Assembly: GCA_020353515.1 (NCBI GenBank)
Contig: CP070695.1
Location: 3,225,532-3,289,531, forward strand
Origin: Candidatus Heimdallarchaeota archaeon
GTDB taxonomy: Archaea > Asgardarchaeota > Heimdallarchaeia > Hodarchaeales > Hodarchaeaceae
Length of the DNA stretch: 64,000 nucleotides
Direction: 5' to 3'
Part shown: in pieces, positions 19,191 through 28,922 of the stretch
How the letters are laid out: each line of letters starts with the position of its first letter
How positions within the stretch are numbered: position 1 is the first letter of the stretch
The notes under the pieces: model-generated
Told to the model about the DNA's origin: nothing
Seen by the model: only the letters and a program-made list of their open reading frames with translations
Database searches by the model: none
Program-made: the position numbers and the translations under genes

Positions 19191-21029
19191 TCATATAGAT
19201 TTTCGATTTACCCTTTTAAATACTATAATAACAAACATCCCAGTAAGAAGGATAGAAAATGTCCAGCTGGGAGTTACTGATGACTTTTTTGATGATTGAA
19301 AGGTTATTTCAGTTAGATCTGGATTATTAGGGGTGGTTTCAGGATCTTCATCTTTGTTGTTATTATCACCATCTATTAGGTAGGGATCGTCCACTATCCC
19401 ATCATCATCCCTATCGGGCCCGAGCCAGTCACTCCAATAATTATGAGAGAATTCATTCTTCTCTTGATACCCTTCATCGAACACTTGTGAATCTCCATCG
19501 GGATTGTTGTCAAAGAAATCATTTTGTTCCACTTGGCAATCATCACATCCACCCAATTTTACACCATATAACTCATTGTCTCTAATGATATTGTTGGTAA
19601 TAGACCCATCTGTGACGTCTAAAAGATCAATTCCTTGATCAAGGTTATTTTCAATAATATTCCGATTAATGGTGGTATCATCTGACCAACCACCATAGAT
19701 CCCAGAAAAAGGATTATTCTTGATTGTATTGCCATCAATAGTCAAATCAGATGAATCCTCAAAATATATTCCTGAATCTTTATTATTAGCAATAAGATTG
19801 GTTGAGACATTGACATATTTCGAGAACCACACAAAGATTCCAGAAAAAAGGTTATCCATTATATAATTACCATTGATGTTTATATTTGAGCTGAAACACA
19901 CGAGAATCCCATCAACAGTTCTTTCCAGTATTTGTTCCCTAATTTCTATTTCATCACAATCAACCAGAACAATTTGTCCTGCACCTGAAGGAATAGTTTC
20001 CTCCTCTTTATTTTCCCAATAGATTAATGGCTTGTCATTTACTGTATTGCCAGTTACTTCGTCCTGTACGCACTCATCGACTTCTAAACCAAGAAGAAAT
20101 AAACCATTGTTTTGTAGTTCATTATTTTTTATTGTATTGTCTGAAGAAAACCAGAGATAAATACCAGCAGCAGTATTATTAGTAATATGATTATCATGGA
20201 TATTTAGACCCGAGCATAAGACTGCTGTTATCCCCGCAGAGCCAGCTGTTAATGTTACATCAGTTACTTCAATATTTTCACAATTATAAAGAACTATTTG
20301 ACCAGCATCGGTTGAAATAGTCCCATCATCCTCATTTTGCCAATAAATCAACGGTTTATCGTTCACGGTATTGCCAGATACTTCAGTTTGCTCACATTCT
20401 GCCGGATCTTTGAGTGCCCTAAGAATAAACCCATTATTTGAGAATTCATTGTCCAAAATTCTATTATTTGGAGAGTATCGTAGGTCAATTCCATACCAGC
20501 TATTATCTGACAAGATATTTTTTGTTATTGTCATATTTGTAGATTCTACAGTGCATATACCTCGCCAATTATTGTTTGTAAGATCGTTATTTTTAATGTA
20601 GATGTTATTACATCCATAAAAATTTATCCCATCTTGATCATTCCCTTCTATCGTGCAATCGACTATCTTGCCATTTGAAACACTGGAAAATTCGATTCCA
20701 ATGTCTCCATCCTTCAAGATACAATTACTTATTTGAAAAAACACGTCTGTATCACGAATTGATATCAAGGATCCGGAACCAGTAATTGAAAGACCATCAA
20801 TAATATACGGATCTAAATGACTACCATCACCTTCTAAGTCTTCAGAAATTATTAGATCATTGAACTCGGAGTTCCCAGAAATTGAGATGGGATTATGAGA
20901 CTCGTAATCACTAGCTACAATCTTTCTATGGGCTATTTTTGAATCCTGGTTTCCCAATCCAAATTCAGAAACCATTAGAATTAATAAGAGAAAAAATACT
21001 AGAAAAAGTAGACTTGAGGACCTTCTCAA
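19191..21029 (-). CDS. Surface-anchored right-handed beta-helix (NosD/CASH-type) protein
   Basis: Probable TTG start 21029 with GGAGG 9 nt upstream and a signal peptide (track start 21170 overlaps the neighbour); N.I..N...GI repeats; duplicated NTVNDKPLIYW; NYWSDW..PD; TPSW + TM + basic tail. Confidence 0.88.
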   Translation of the reverse strand: MRRSSSLLFLVFFLLLILMVSEFGLGNQDSKIAHRKIVASDYESHNPISISGNSEFNDLIISEDLEGDGSHLDPYIIDGLSITGSGSLISIRDTDVFFQISNCILKDGDIGIEFSSVSNGKIVDCTIEGNDQDGINFYGCNNIYIKNNDLTNNNWRGICTVESTNMTITKNILSDNSWYGIDLRYSPNNRILDNEFSNNGFILRALKDPAECEQTEVSGNTVNDKPLIYWQNEDDGTISTDAGQIVLYNCENIEVTDVTLTAGSAGITAVLCSGLNIHDNHITNNTAAGIYLWFSSDNTIKNNELQNNGLFLLGLEVDECVQDEVTGNTVNDKPLIYWENKEEETIPSGAGQIVLVDCDEIEIREQILERTVDGILVCFSSNININGNYIMDNLFSGIFVWFSKYVNVSTNLIANNKDSGIYFEDSSDLTIDGNTIKNNPFSGIYGGWSDDTTINRNIIENNLDQGIDLLDVTDGSITNNIIRDNELYGVKLGGCDDCQVEQNDFFDNNPDGDSQVFDEGYQEKNEFSHNYWSDWLGPDRDDDGIVDDPYLIDGDNNNKDEDPETTPNNPDLTEITFQSSKKSSVTPSWTFSILLTGMFVIIVFKRVNRKSI

Positions 21030-21084
21030 TATTAATAACCTCCACTCTCCTCCTTGGGTTTTCTCCAGATATTTAATGTTTTCA

Positions 21085-21402
21085 TCAAGTTGACTTTGAC
21101 CGATTTTCGATAATCTGACATCTTCTAGTACGTAGTTCAATTCGATATTCTGCAATAAAATATCCTGCAAAGAAAATCAAAAGAAATAAGGCTATTTGTG
21201 AAGTTATATGCAGAATGAAGAAAAAAGGTGGAAGTATTTCCTGGAGTTCATAAAGACTAAGTGGGGAGATTTGGGGATAAAATGAGCTCACAATTATTCC
21301 TCCTCCAAATGATAAAAGAAAAAGGAAGCAGATCAACATTACTCGCTTAAATTCGAAGAAAAATAGTCTAATTTGTGATATGTTTACCTCAGAATCCTCC
21401 AT
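21085..21402 (-). CDS. Small 2-TM hypothetical protein
   Basis: Two hydrophobic helices; GGAGA upstream of ATG. Confidence 0.55.
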   Translation of the reverse strand: MEDSEVNISQIRLFFFEFKRVMLICFLFLLSFGGGIIVSSFYPQISPLSLYELQEILPPFFFILHITSQIALFLLIFFAGYFIAEYRIELRTRRCQIIENRSKST

Positions 21403-21525
21403 TTGTACATATCTCCGTGTAGAAAGTACATTTTTTATTTATCTTCTGAATTGAAAAATCAATCAATGACTGCAAAATTTACAGGTTTTTCCATTTTGTT
21501 TAAATCATCAAATAAATTATCTGTA

Positions 21526-22731
21526 TCAGAAGAATTCACGGTAGAAATTAGTTTGTGGAGGAAATAGCTGATTTAGTATTGGAAGCATTTCTTCTGAACA
21601 ATCTATCTCCCATGAATCATATAGTTGAGATGCAGTTCTGAACCCCACGATCATTTGTGATAAGGATCCAATATCTATAGTCACATCGGGGGATTGTGAT
21701 GTTTCTTCAAGATTTGCTTTTCCTTCTGAAACAATAAATGTGAAGGCTTTGTTATTCCATTCACACAATTGATCATTTACTTTTATAACGAATTTGATAT
21801 CTTTTAAATAGCCAAATGCTTCAATAACTGATTTTACATCAACAATTCGTGTCATTGAGCCAGGAAAAACTTCATTGGCCTTTACTCTTGCTTCTATAAG
21901 AGATTCCAAGATATTGGGATCTGTGGTGGAGAATACAACATATTTTCGATGATCCTCGTGCCTTTTAAGGAAGTTAAACAAAGCTTGTTTGGTTTTTCTA
22001 TCATACCAAAATATTTCTTGTAAATAAATGGTAGCAGCACTATTTTCTACCCCTTCATCCTGTGGTGGCTGGTGCTCCAAAAATCTCGCGATTAAATACC
22101 CGCAGGGATTGTCTTTGTCATCATAACATACAAAAAGATACCCAGGTTCTTTAGGATTAACTTTTCGTCGCCAATCTTCCTCTGTTCGCTTTCCCATATA
22201 ATTATATTTTTTTCCTGCGATATTGGAGTAAACTTCTTTGAGATCATCGAGTTCAAAGACTTCCCTCACTACTCTATCAGAAATCGGACGGAAAATGAAT
22301 TTATTTGTCTCAATGTGGTATCTATGATTAATATTTGCGAGTTTCCAGCCGAATTTTTGGTAGAATGAGAATTTGAAAGGATAAAGACATGATATTTGGA
22401 TTTTGTTGTTGTACATCTTTTCTAATGTTAGTTGAGTTAATTGTCGGATAAGTCCCCTATTACGATAGTGTGGTGCAGTCGCCACCCCCCAAATACCAGA
22501 CATTGGGAATTCTTTGTTACGAATGACAACAATTGAGGTAAAATATGCAAATGAGGAGACCAATGTACCTTTATCAAAACACCCATAAACCTGACTCATA
22601 TCCTTGAGGTGTGGCTGTGTTTCTTCATAATCTTCTTTAACCACACCCTCATAAGTATTTCGTGCTGGTTCAAATGCATATCGTTCTAACCGAGCAAACG
22701 CTTCTCGGTCTTCAGAAGTAAGTTGCCGCAT
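21526..22731 (-). CDS. Eis-like GNAT acetyltransferase (GNAT plus SCP2-like C-terminal domain)
   Basis: GIWGVATAPHYRNRG, LYPFKFSFYQKFGW, RIVDV, D.LCEWN; probable start ATG 22731 (track 22770). Confidence 0.88.
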   Translation of the reverse strand: MRQLTSEDREAFARLERYAFEPARNTYEGVVKEDYEETQPHLKDMSQVYGCFDKGTLVSSFAYFTSIVVIRNKEFPMSGIWGVATAPHYRNRGLIRQLTQLTLEKMYNNKIQISCLYPFKFSFYQKFGWKLANINHRYHIETNKFIFRPISDRVVREVFELDDLKEVYSNIAGKKYNYMGKRTEEDWRRKVNPKEPGYLFVCYDDKDNPCGYLIARFLEHQPPQDEGVENSAATIYLQEIFWYDRKTKQALFNFLKRHEDHRKYVVFSTTDPNILESLIEARVKANEVFPGSMTRIVDVKSVIEAFGYLKDIKFVIKVNDQLCEWNNKAFTFIVSEGKANLEETSQSPDVTIDIGSLSQMIVGFRTASQLYDSWEIDCSEEMLPILNQLFPPQTNFYREFF

Positions 22732-22989
22732 TTCCAATGTGTAAACCTCAAATGGTACCTTTAATATCATCTTGTTAGCATTTAGTTTAGATTAAATGTT
22801 CTAGAAGGTTCCCAAAACGATGTTAATGGTTTTTAACATACACAAATAAGACTAGTTGATATGGCAATTGATTTGAATTGAGAGATTCTTAGAATGTAAT
22901 GCCGAGGAATTTTTCACATACAATAACAATAATATAGGAATAGTTCTTCGCATACTTGATTTAATAAAATACATCATTTTTTAGTAGGA

Positions 22990-25383
22990 TTGATGCAACT
23001 GACCCATAAGAGAATAGCATTCCCTTTTTCCGCTATCGTTGCGATGGATAAATTAAAATTAGCAACAATAGTAAACGCAATTAATCCTAAAATTGGAGGA
23101 GTGCTAATTCAAGGAGCAAAGGGTTCAGGAAAAACCACAGTTGCTCGTGGATTAACTGATATTCTTCCAGAATTGGAAGTAGTAAAAGGGTGTTCATTCA
23201 ATTGCAACCCTCATGATCTTTCAAATATGTGTGAAACATGTGGTGAAAAATATCGTAAAGGAGAGCAATTTGAAATAGAAGAGAGGGAGATGGCAGTCGT
23301 AGATCTTCCACTGGGAGCAACAGAGGATCGAGTAGTTGGAAGTCTCGATGTAGAAAAAGCAATAAAGCATGGAATAGGAGCATTAGAACCAGGGATCCTT
23401 GCAGAAGCAAACCAGAATATTCTATATGTTGATGAAGTCAATTTGCTACCTGACCATGTAGCTGACGATTTATTAGATGCAGCTGCAACAGGATGGAATG
23501 TGGTTGAGCGTGAAGGAATTTCAGTTCGCCATCCCTCCCGATTCGTATTCATAGGAACCATGAATCCTGAAGAGGGACAACTTAGACCACAACTCTTAGA
23601 TCGCTTCCCTTTGTCTGTAAGTGTTGAAAGAATAATGACTGTTGAAGACAGAATGGAAGTAGTTAAGAGAACCATTGAGTTTGAAGCGAATCCTGAACGT
23701 TTCATCGAAATCTATAAAGAAAGTCAAATAGAATTACGAAATCGAATAATTGCTGCAAGAAAGTTGTTGTCAAAAGTTGAGTTACCTGAAAAGCTCCTTG
23801 AAGTCATTTGCCTTACCTGCTTAGATCTTCAGGTCGATGGGATGAGACCCGATATTGTCATAAGCAAAACAGCACAAACATTAGCAGCATTTGAAAACAG
23901 AAGTGTTGTTACCCCAGATGACATCTTGATTGCTTCAGAACTTACATTAAAACACAGAACTAGAGAGGGAGGTTTTCAGGATCCTGCAACACCAGAAGAA
24001 ATAGCGAAATTATTTGTAGCAAAAGTAAAGCAGGTAAAATACGTCGAACAAATTGAATCTTCAGATACTGACCAAAAAAAAAAGCGGGAAAAACCTAAAG
24101 GCCGAGTCATGATTTGGGCTCCACAAGAAACAACAGAAAAAGAAGAAGATTTGGCTCATAGGAAGAGTAGTAAGACTCGGGCAAGGATTTTTCAATTTTT
24201 TAGCAGGATCGGTCCAAGCTTCGCACTTGGTAAGAGACTGAGGAAAAGTCCTGAAGACTCCCCCGTCATGAATGGTGCTATAAAACAAGCAGAAAATATT
24301 AAAGGTGAGATTTCTGAAGGAGTAGAACGGGGCAAGTTTAAGGGGATTCCCTCTGTCACTTATGCAGTTAAGTCTTCTGATATGAGAAAAGGTAATTCTT
24401 TAATCTCAAGGATAAAAGATAGTATCCTTTCACCATTTAAACCTCCTGATTTTAAAAAAACTCGATTTAAAGGAGTTAGTAGTACTGCTGGAAAACGAGC
24501 GGAGTCGATTACAACTCTCCATCGCGGCCGACCTTGGGGTTGGAAGTTTCCGAAGGGAAAACCATCAGATATTCATTTACCAGCAACAATTAGAGCTGCA
24601 GCTAGACATCAGAATCATCGAGTCCCGTCTCTAGGAACTTCGATTAGTATATCCTTAGAGGATGTCCGAGAAAAGTTAAGAGTATACAAGGCTCCTATGA
24701 CGCTAATCTTTGTCATAGATCTTAGTGGATCTATGATGTTCAATATTGAAGCTAGTAAAGAAGCCCTCCTACGGTTGCATAGAGATGCCTACCGTTATAG
24801 AGATAAAGTAGGTATTGTAGCTCTCAAAGATACAAGAGCTGTTGTTGTTCAACATCCTATCACAAACTTAGGTGTGGTAGCAAACAAGCTATTCGGATTA
24901 AAAATCAGTGGGTTCACTCCTTTGGCAGCGGGTATGTTAAAAGCGCTGGACGTCTTAAAGGAAACTAGACGTCGGGATAGAGCAACTATTCCAGTCATTG
25001 TTATCATTACGGATGGAAACACAAATGTCCCGCTTTATAGAAGTCTAGAGACTGGAGAACTTCGTGATTTCAAAGAGCTAGGAATCGCATTAAGGGAATT
25101 TGAAGATTTAGCCGTTAAGGATGTGGTCTCTGTTTCTAAAGCCATTGAAAGAGAAGGGATCCATACAGTGATTGTTAATACAAACCCTCATTATATTGGA
25201 CGTGAAACTTATGGTTTTGCAGTAACGAAAATCATTACCTCTATAACCAAGGGAAGTCATCACCAAATTAGCAGACTTAGTGACGGCGAAGAGCTTGTCG
25301 AAGACATCTTTGAAGGTATTAGTGAAGACCAAAGAAAAATTTCTGCAGGAGTCCCTTTATCACAACTCAATGTATGGGATTGA
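22990..25383 (+). CDS. chlD: Mg/Co-chelatase subunit D-like protein (ChlI-type AAA+ plus vWA domain)
   Basis: GAKGSGKT Walker [43 protein letters not shown]; DLSGS MIDAS, TPLAAG, ITDG. Confidence 0.9.
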   Translation: MMQLTHKRIAFPFSAIVAMDKLKLATIVNAINPKIGGVLIQGAKGSGKTTVARGLTDILPELEVVKGCSFNCNPHDLSNMCETCGEKYRKGEQFEIEEREMAVVDLPLGATEDRVVGSLDVEKAIKHGIGALEPGILAEANQNILYVDEVNLLPDHVADDLLDAAATGWNVVEREGISVRHPSRFVFIGTMNPEEGQLRPQLLDRFPLSVSVERIMTVEDRMEVVKRTIEFEANPERFIEIYKESQIELRNRIIAARKLLSKVELPEKLLEVICLTCLDLQVDGMRPDIVISKTAQTLAAFENRSVVTPDDILIASELTLKHRTREGGFQDPATPEEIAKLFVAKVKQVKYVEQIESSDTDQKKKREKPKGRVMIWAPQETTEKEEDLAHRKSSKTRARIFQFFSRIGPSFALGKRLRKSPEDSPVMNGAIKQAENIKGEISEGVERGKFKGIPSVTYAVKSSDMRKGNSLISRIKDSILSPFKPPDFKKTRFKGVSSTAGKRAESITTLHRGRPWGWKFPKGKPSDIHLPATIRAAARHQNHRVPSLGTSISISLEDVREKLRVYKAPMTLIFVIDLSGSMMFNIEASKEALLRLHRDAYRYRDKVGIVALKDTRAVVVQHPITNLGVVANKLFGLKISGFTPLAAGMLKALDVLKETRRRDRATIPVIVIITDGNTNVPLYRSLETGELRDFKELGIALREFEDLAVKDVVSVSKAIEREGIHTVIVNTNPHYIGRETYGFAVTKIITSITKGSHHQISRLSDGEELVEDIFEGISEDQRKISAGVPLSQLNVWD
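24074..24098 (+). other. Putative -1 frameshift / slippage site (A10G; A_AAA_AAG) with -1 frame stop
   Basis: Zero-frame CAA AAA AAA AAG; -1 frame reads AAA GCG GGA AAA ACC TAA (stop 24096-24098). Confidence 0.55.
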
Positions 25384-25480
25384 TCCCAATCTAGTTTAGA
25401 CCTTCAAAAATCAGTGGGAGAAAAACTGTTTAAGTGGATGAATATTACCTGAAAATGGCACACATCTAACAAGTGTTTAA

Positions 25481-28400
25481 TTAGTAAAATGAAATGTCGA
25501 AATACGATTGTAATTCTCTAACCAATGTGAAGGCATGTTTTATTGCCTCAGTAGTCTTGATACATGAGAGTTCTATATATAATTCTCCTATAATTTTCGA
25601 TTCGGCCTTAATTAATGCTGTACCTAAAGAATTCAATCCATTAGCGATCTCTGTTCGCAATTTGATCCCTCTAATTATTTTATCTTCCCCCTTTAGAGTT
25701 ATATCCTTCCACGGATTGTCCCATATTGACTCCCGTGGATCACCATCGATTTTCAACTCAATGAATAGCTTTTCTGAGATTTCTGGTTTTTTCAAGCAAC
25801 CACTCATTATGATCTGATTTTGGTCTAGTTTCACAAGGATTTCTTTAATTGATCCTGAATATGGAACTAATTGTGCATTAAGACCAGTATCAGCTTTTTT
25901 AAAAATCACGTCTTTTACTCGATACTGAATGGATGAAAATAATTTTTCATCATCATCAACTGGTTTTATGGGTGGGGGAATTTCTATGGCTTTCTTTACT
26001 GGTTGAAGGTCTGCTGTAATAACTGGTTCAGCTGGTTCCTCCACTAAAGGCTTTTCTGGTACCTTTGGTTCTAGCTTTAGGAGTTTAGGTGGAAGAGTTG
26101 GTTCTATTTCAGAGGGTTCTTCTCTAACAACAGGCTTTATTTTTGTAGGTTCTTTTATTGGTGGTTCGGGTTTCAATGGTTCTACTAAAATTACTGGTTC
26201 CTTGATTGGGGTCTTTATATGAACAGTAGGTTCTATTTCCAGAGACTCTTTAACAGCAGGTTCTATCATCAGGGGTTCTTCTTGAATAAGGGGCTCTATA
26301 ATTCTAGCTAGTTGCGTATCGGGAGCTGGGGTCGGTTTCTTCTTTGTTGAGTAACGCCATGCAAAAAAACCAAAAGAAAGGATTATTATTATTCCACTGA
26401 TAAGGAGTAGTAAAAACAATACAATGGATAATAAATCTGGGATAAAAGAGTCCGATGGAGGAATTATATTCTTAACGCTAAATGTTTGGTCTGATATATC
26501 TTCTGTTGTTAAGCCTCCAGAACTGGTTGCTACTACTTTGATCAAATAGGTAGTTCCATCAGGAAGGCTGGTGGTGTTCCAATCATAACGAGTAGTGGTT
26601 AACCTTGAAGCTATTGGATCCCAACTACTCCCGTTATCAGAGGAATAGTATAGAGTATAAGTGACATTGTGACCCAACGAATCTGTTGAAGCTGACCATT
26701 GAATAGTGATGGTTTCATTGAGGATTTCCCCACCATTGGGAGATAAAACACTTACTTGTGTAATGTAATGTATAGAAAATGTACCATCAGAGACGTCTTC
26801 AGCTGTTAACTCCTCTGAACATGTTGCTACAACATGTATCGTTAAAGATGTCCCCTCAGTAATTGTCGAAGTATCCCAACTGTATTGAGTTGTAGTTAAT
26901 CCTGAACCTAGCAAATTCCAAGTATTTCCATTATTGGTTGAATAGAATACGGTATAGGTGACATCATGACCTAATCCATCATTAGATGCTGACCATTGAA
27001 CTGAGATGGTTCCATTTAGAGTTTCCCCTCCATTAGGAAATATGATAGTCGGTGTGGAAAGAGTATTATGAATTGAAATTATATCATCAGAAATATCTTC
27101 AGCTATTAATCCTTCTGAACAGATTGCAACAACCTTAATCAAGTATGTTGACCCATCAGCGACAGAGACAGTGTTCCAACTATAATTCGTTGTATTTAAT
27201 CCTGATACTAAAGTCTCCCAAGTGTCCCCATTATCCGCAGAAATGTTTATTGAATAGACCACCTTATGTCCTAACGAATCTATTACTGGTAACCACTGAA
27301 TTCCTTCAGTCCAAGTGTAGATTTCACCTCCATTGGGAACCACGACAGTAGGCTCTGTAAGTATGTCTACTAAAGCAGTTGGATACTGGGAAGTCAAAGG
27401 ATATGAGTCTTGGCCTCCTCCATCCATGTGATAGGGATTATCAACTATATTATCAACATCAATGTCAGGATTTGTCCATTCACTCCAGTAGTTGAAAGCA
27501 AATACATTCATACTCCCCTCAATTAATGAGCCCTCATTTAATGCTTGAGGACTATTTGGGGGATAATTCCCTTCACCGTTTCCAATGAAATTGTTCCAAC
27601 TAATAGTATTATAACTTGTAAAACTACAATCGAGACCATAATAATAATTATCTGCTAGATTGTTACTTGAAATGTTATTATAATTTGCAGAAGTACCTAA
27701 ATTAATTCCCCTCCCATCATTATCAAAAATATTATTGCCAGTCAAGATGTTGTTTAGTCCATCAAGGTGGATACCGTTCATAGTATTGTTATATATGGTA
27801 TTTCTTTCAATTACATTAGAATCAGACGTTCCATCTCCGAGTTCAATCCTAATTCCGTCTCCAGGAGTCTTAAATACAGTATTATTTCTGATAATGCACT
27901 CTGAGGAACCCCGAATATTGATCCCACAATCAACCCCGTTTTCATAAACGGTATTATTGGAAATAACAGCGTGAATAGAACTTTCGATATAGATTCCTAA
28001 TCCATTACATCCATGAACAGTATTGTTGGTAATCACGTTATAATCTGAATAGTAATTAGTGATTCCTTCAAAATTATTAAATATAAAATTATTTGTAACA
28101 GAATTATTCAATGAGTTTTCTACATAGATCCCAGGGCCTCCTCCTGCATCTTGAACACTATTATTCGTTATTTCATTATTATTCCCATAGATCCATATTC
28201 CATTAACATTATCAAAATAATCGTTAGAACTGATGATGTTATTATTACCATTAATAATAAATGGGAACTCAATGTTATAGAAAGTATTATTGAAAATAGT
28301 ATTATTATTAGATTCAGTGAGAAGAATCCCCCATCGCTCATTATTCCCCCCAATAGAATTATGAATTGTGTTATTGACAATATAACCAGAGCTCACATTC

Positions 28401-28894
28401 CGAAGAGAGATTCCTGTTATACCATTAACAAAAAAGGAGTCCCTAATCTGGAAGCACAGATCAGTGTTTAAAATTTCTACTAGAAAATCTGAACTAGTTA
28501 TTTGGAATCCAGAAATAATAATTGGATTACTCTCCATTCCATTTCCAGACCAACCCTCGGTAATAGATTGATTGATAAAATCGGTGTTGCCATCTATAAA
28601 AATAGGATCATGGTCTATAAAGGTGGAAGAAGTAAATTTTAGTTCTTTTTTTGAAACTATTTCATGTATGTTTCCAGTGTTAATAAAAGAGTGATTATCT
28701 CCGTTAATTTCAATAAAACGAGACGTTATACCTCTGAGATCTAGAAATCCAAAATTTTCAGAACCTCTCAAAGGGAGGATCAGTATTAAACAACAAGTCA
28801 AAATTCCAATAAGAATGATTGTGTTTATTACGAACTTCCTCCATGCTAATCTCGTCATCTTATTACTGAAAAGTGTAATATGACTTTTATTCAT
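25481..28894 (-). CDS. Single-pass receptor-like protein: beta-helix, 3 Fn3/Ig-like repeats, TM, Pro/Glu-rich linker, novel cytoplasmic domain
   Basis: N-terminal hydrophobic anchor; NosD-like repeats; 3 x PNGGE...QW...D.LGH.V.Y...S.DNG..W; TM followed by RYSTKKK; C-terminal domain shared with 28923-30185. Confidence 0.88.
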   Translation of the reverse strand: MNKSHITLFSNKMTRLAWRKFVINTIILIGILTCCLILILPLRGSENFGFLDLRGITSRFIEINGDNHSFINTGNIHEIVSKKELKFTSSTFIDHDPIFIDGNTDFINQSITEGWSGNGMESNPIIISGFQITSSDFLVEILNTDLCFQIRDSFFVNGITGISLRNVSSGYIVNNTIHNSIGGNNERWGILLTESNNNTIFNNTFYNIEFPFIINGNNNIISSNDYFDNVNGIWIYGNNNEITNNSVQDAGGGPGIYVENSLNNSVTNNFIFNNFEGITNYYSDYNVITNNTVHGCNGLGIYIESSIHAVISNNTVYENGVDCGINIRGSSECIIRNNTVFKTPGDGIRIELGDGTSDSNVIERNTIYNNTMNGIHLDGLNNILTGNNIFDNDGRGINLGTSANYNNISSNNLADNYYYGLDCSFTSYNTISWNNFIGNGEGNYPPNSPQALNEGSLIEGSMNVFAFNYWSEWTNPDIDVDNIVDNPYHMDGGGQDSYPLTSQYPTALVDILTEPTVVVPNGGEIYTWTEGIQWLPVIDSLGHKVVYSINISADNGDTWETLVSGLNTTNYSWNTVSVADGSTYLIKVVAICSEGLIAEDISDDIISIHNTLSTPTIIFPNGGETLNGTISVQWSASNDGLGHDVTYTVFYSTNNGNTWNLLGSGLTTTQYSWDTSTITEGTSLTIHVVATCSEELTAEDVSDGTFSIHYITQVSVLSPNGGEILNETITIQWSASTDSLGHNVTYTLYYSSDNGSSWDPIASRLTTTRYDWNTTSLPDGTTYLIKVVATSSGGLTTEDISDQTFSVKNIIPPSDSFIPDLLSIVLFLLLLISGIIIILSFGFFAWRYSTKKKPTPAPDTQLARIIEPLIQEEPLMIEPAVKESLEIEPTVHIKTPIKEPVILVEPLKPEPPIKEPTKIKPVVREEPSEIEPTLPPKLLKLEPKVPEKPLVEEPAEPVITADLQPVKKAIEIPPPIKPVDDDEKLFSSIQYRVKDVIFKKADTGLNAQLVPYSGSIKEILVKLDQNQIIMSGCLKKPEISEKLFIELKIDGDPRESIWDNPWKDITLKGEDKIIRGIKLRTEIANGLNSLGTALIKAESKIIGELYIELSCIKTTEAIKHAFTLVRELQSYFDISFY
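26475..27352 (-). repeat. Three tandem ~98-aa Fn3/Ig-like coding repeats
   Basis: Three copies of PNGGE...YSW(N/D)T...G.TYLIKVVA...EDISD...FS; boundaries approximate. Confidence 0.8.
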
Positions 28895-28922
28895 TTCTGA
28901 ACCTCCTTTGGTTCATAATGGA

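Noticed and set aside
21030-21170. N-terminal 47 aa of the 659-aa track ORF
   Set aside because: Overlaps the upstream gene; an SD plus TTG at 21029 gives a proper signal peptide
22990-25383. Evidence for chlorophyll synthesis
   Set aside because: ChlD/ChlI-like AAA+/vWA proteins are widespread in non-phototrophs; no chlH/cobN or other tetrapyrrole genes in the window
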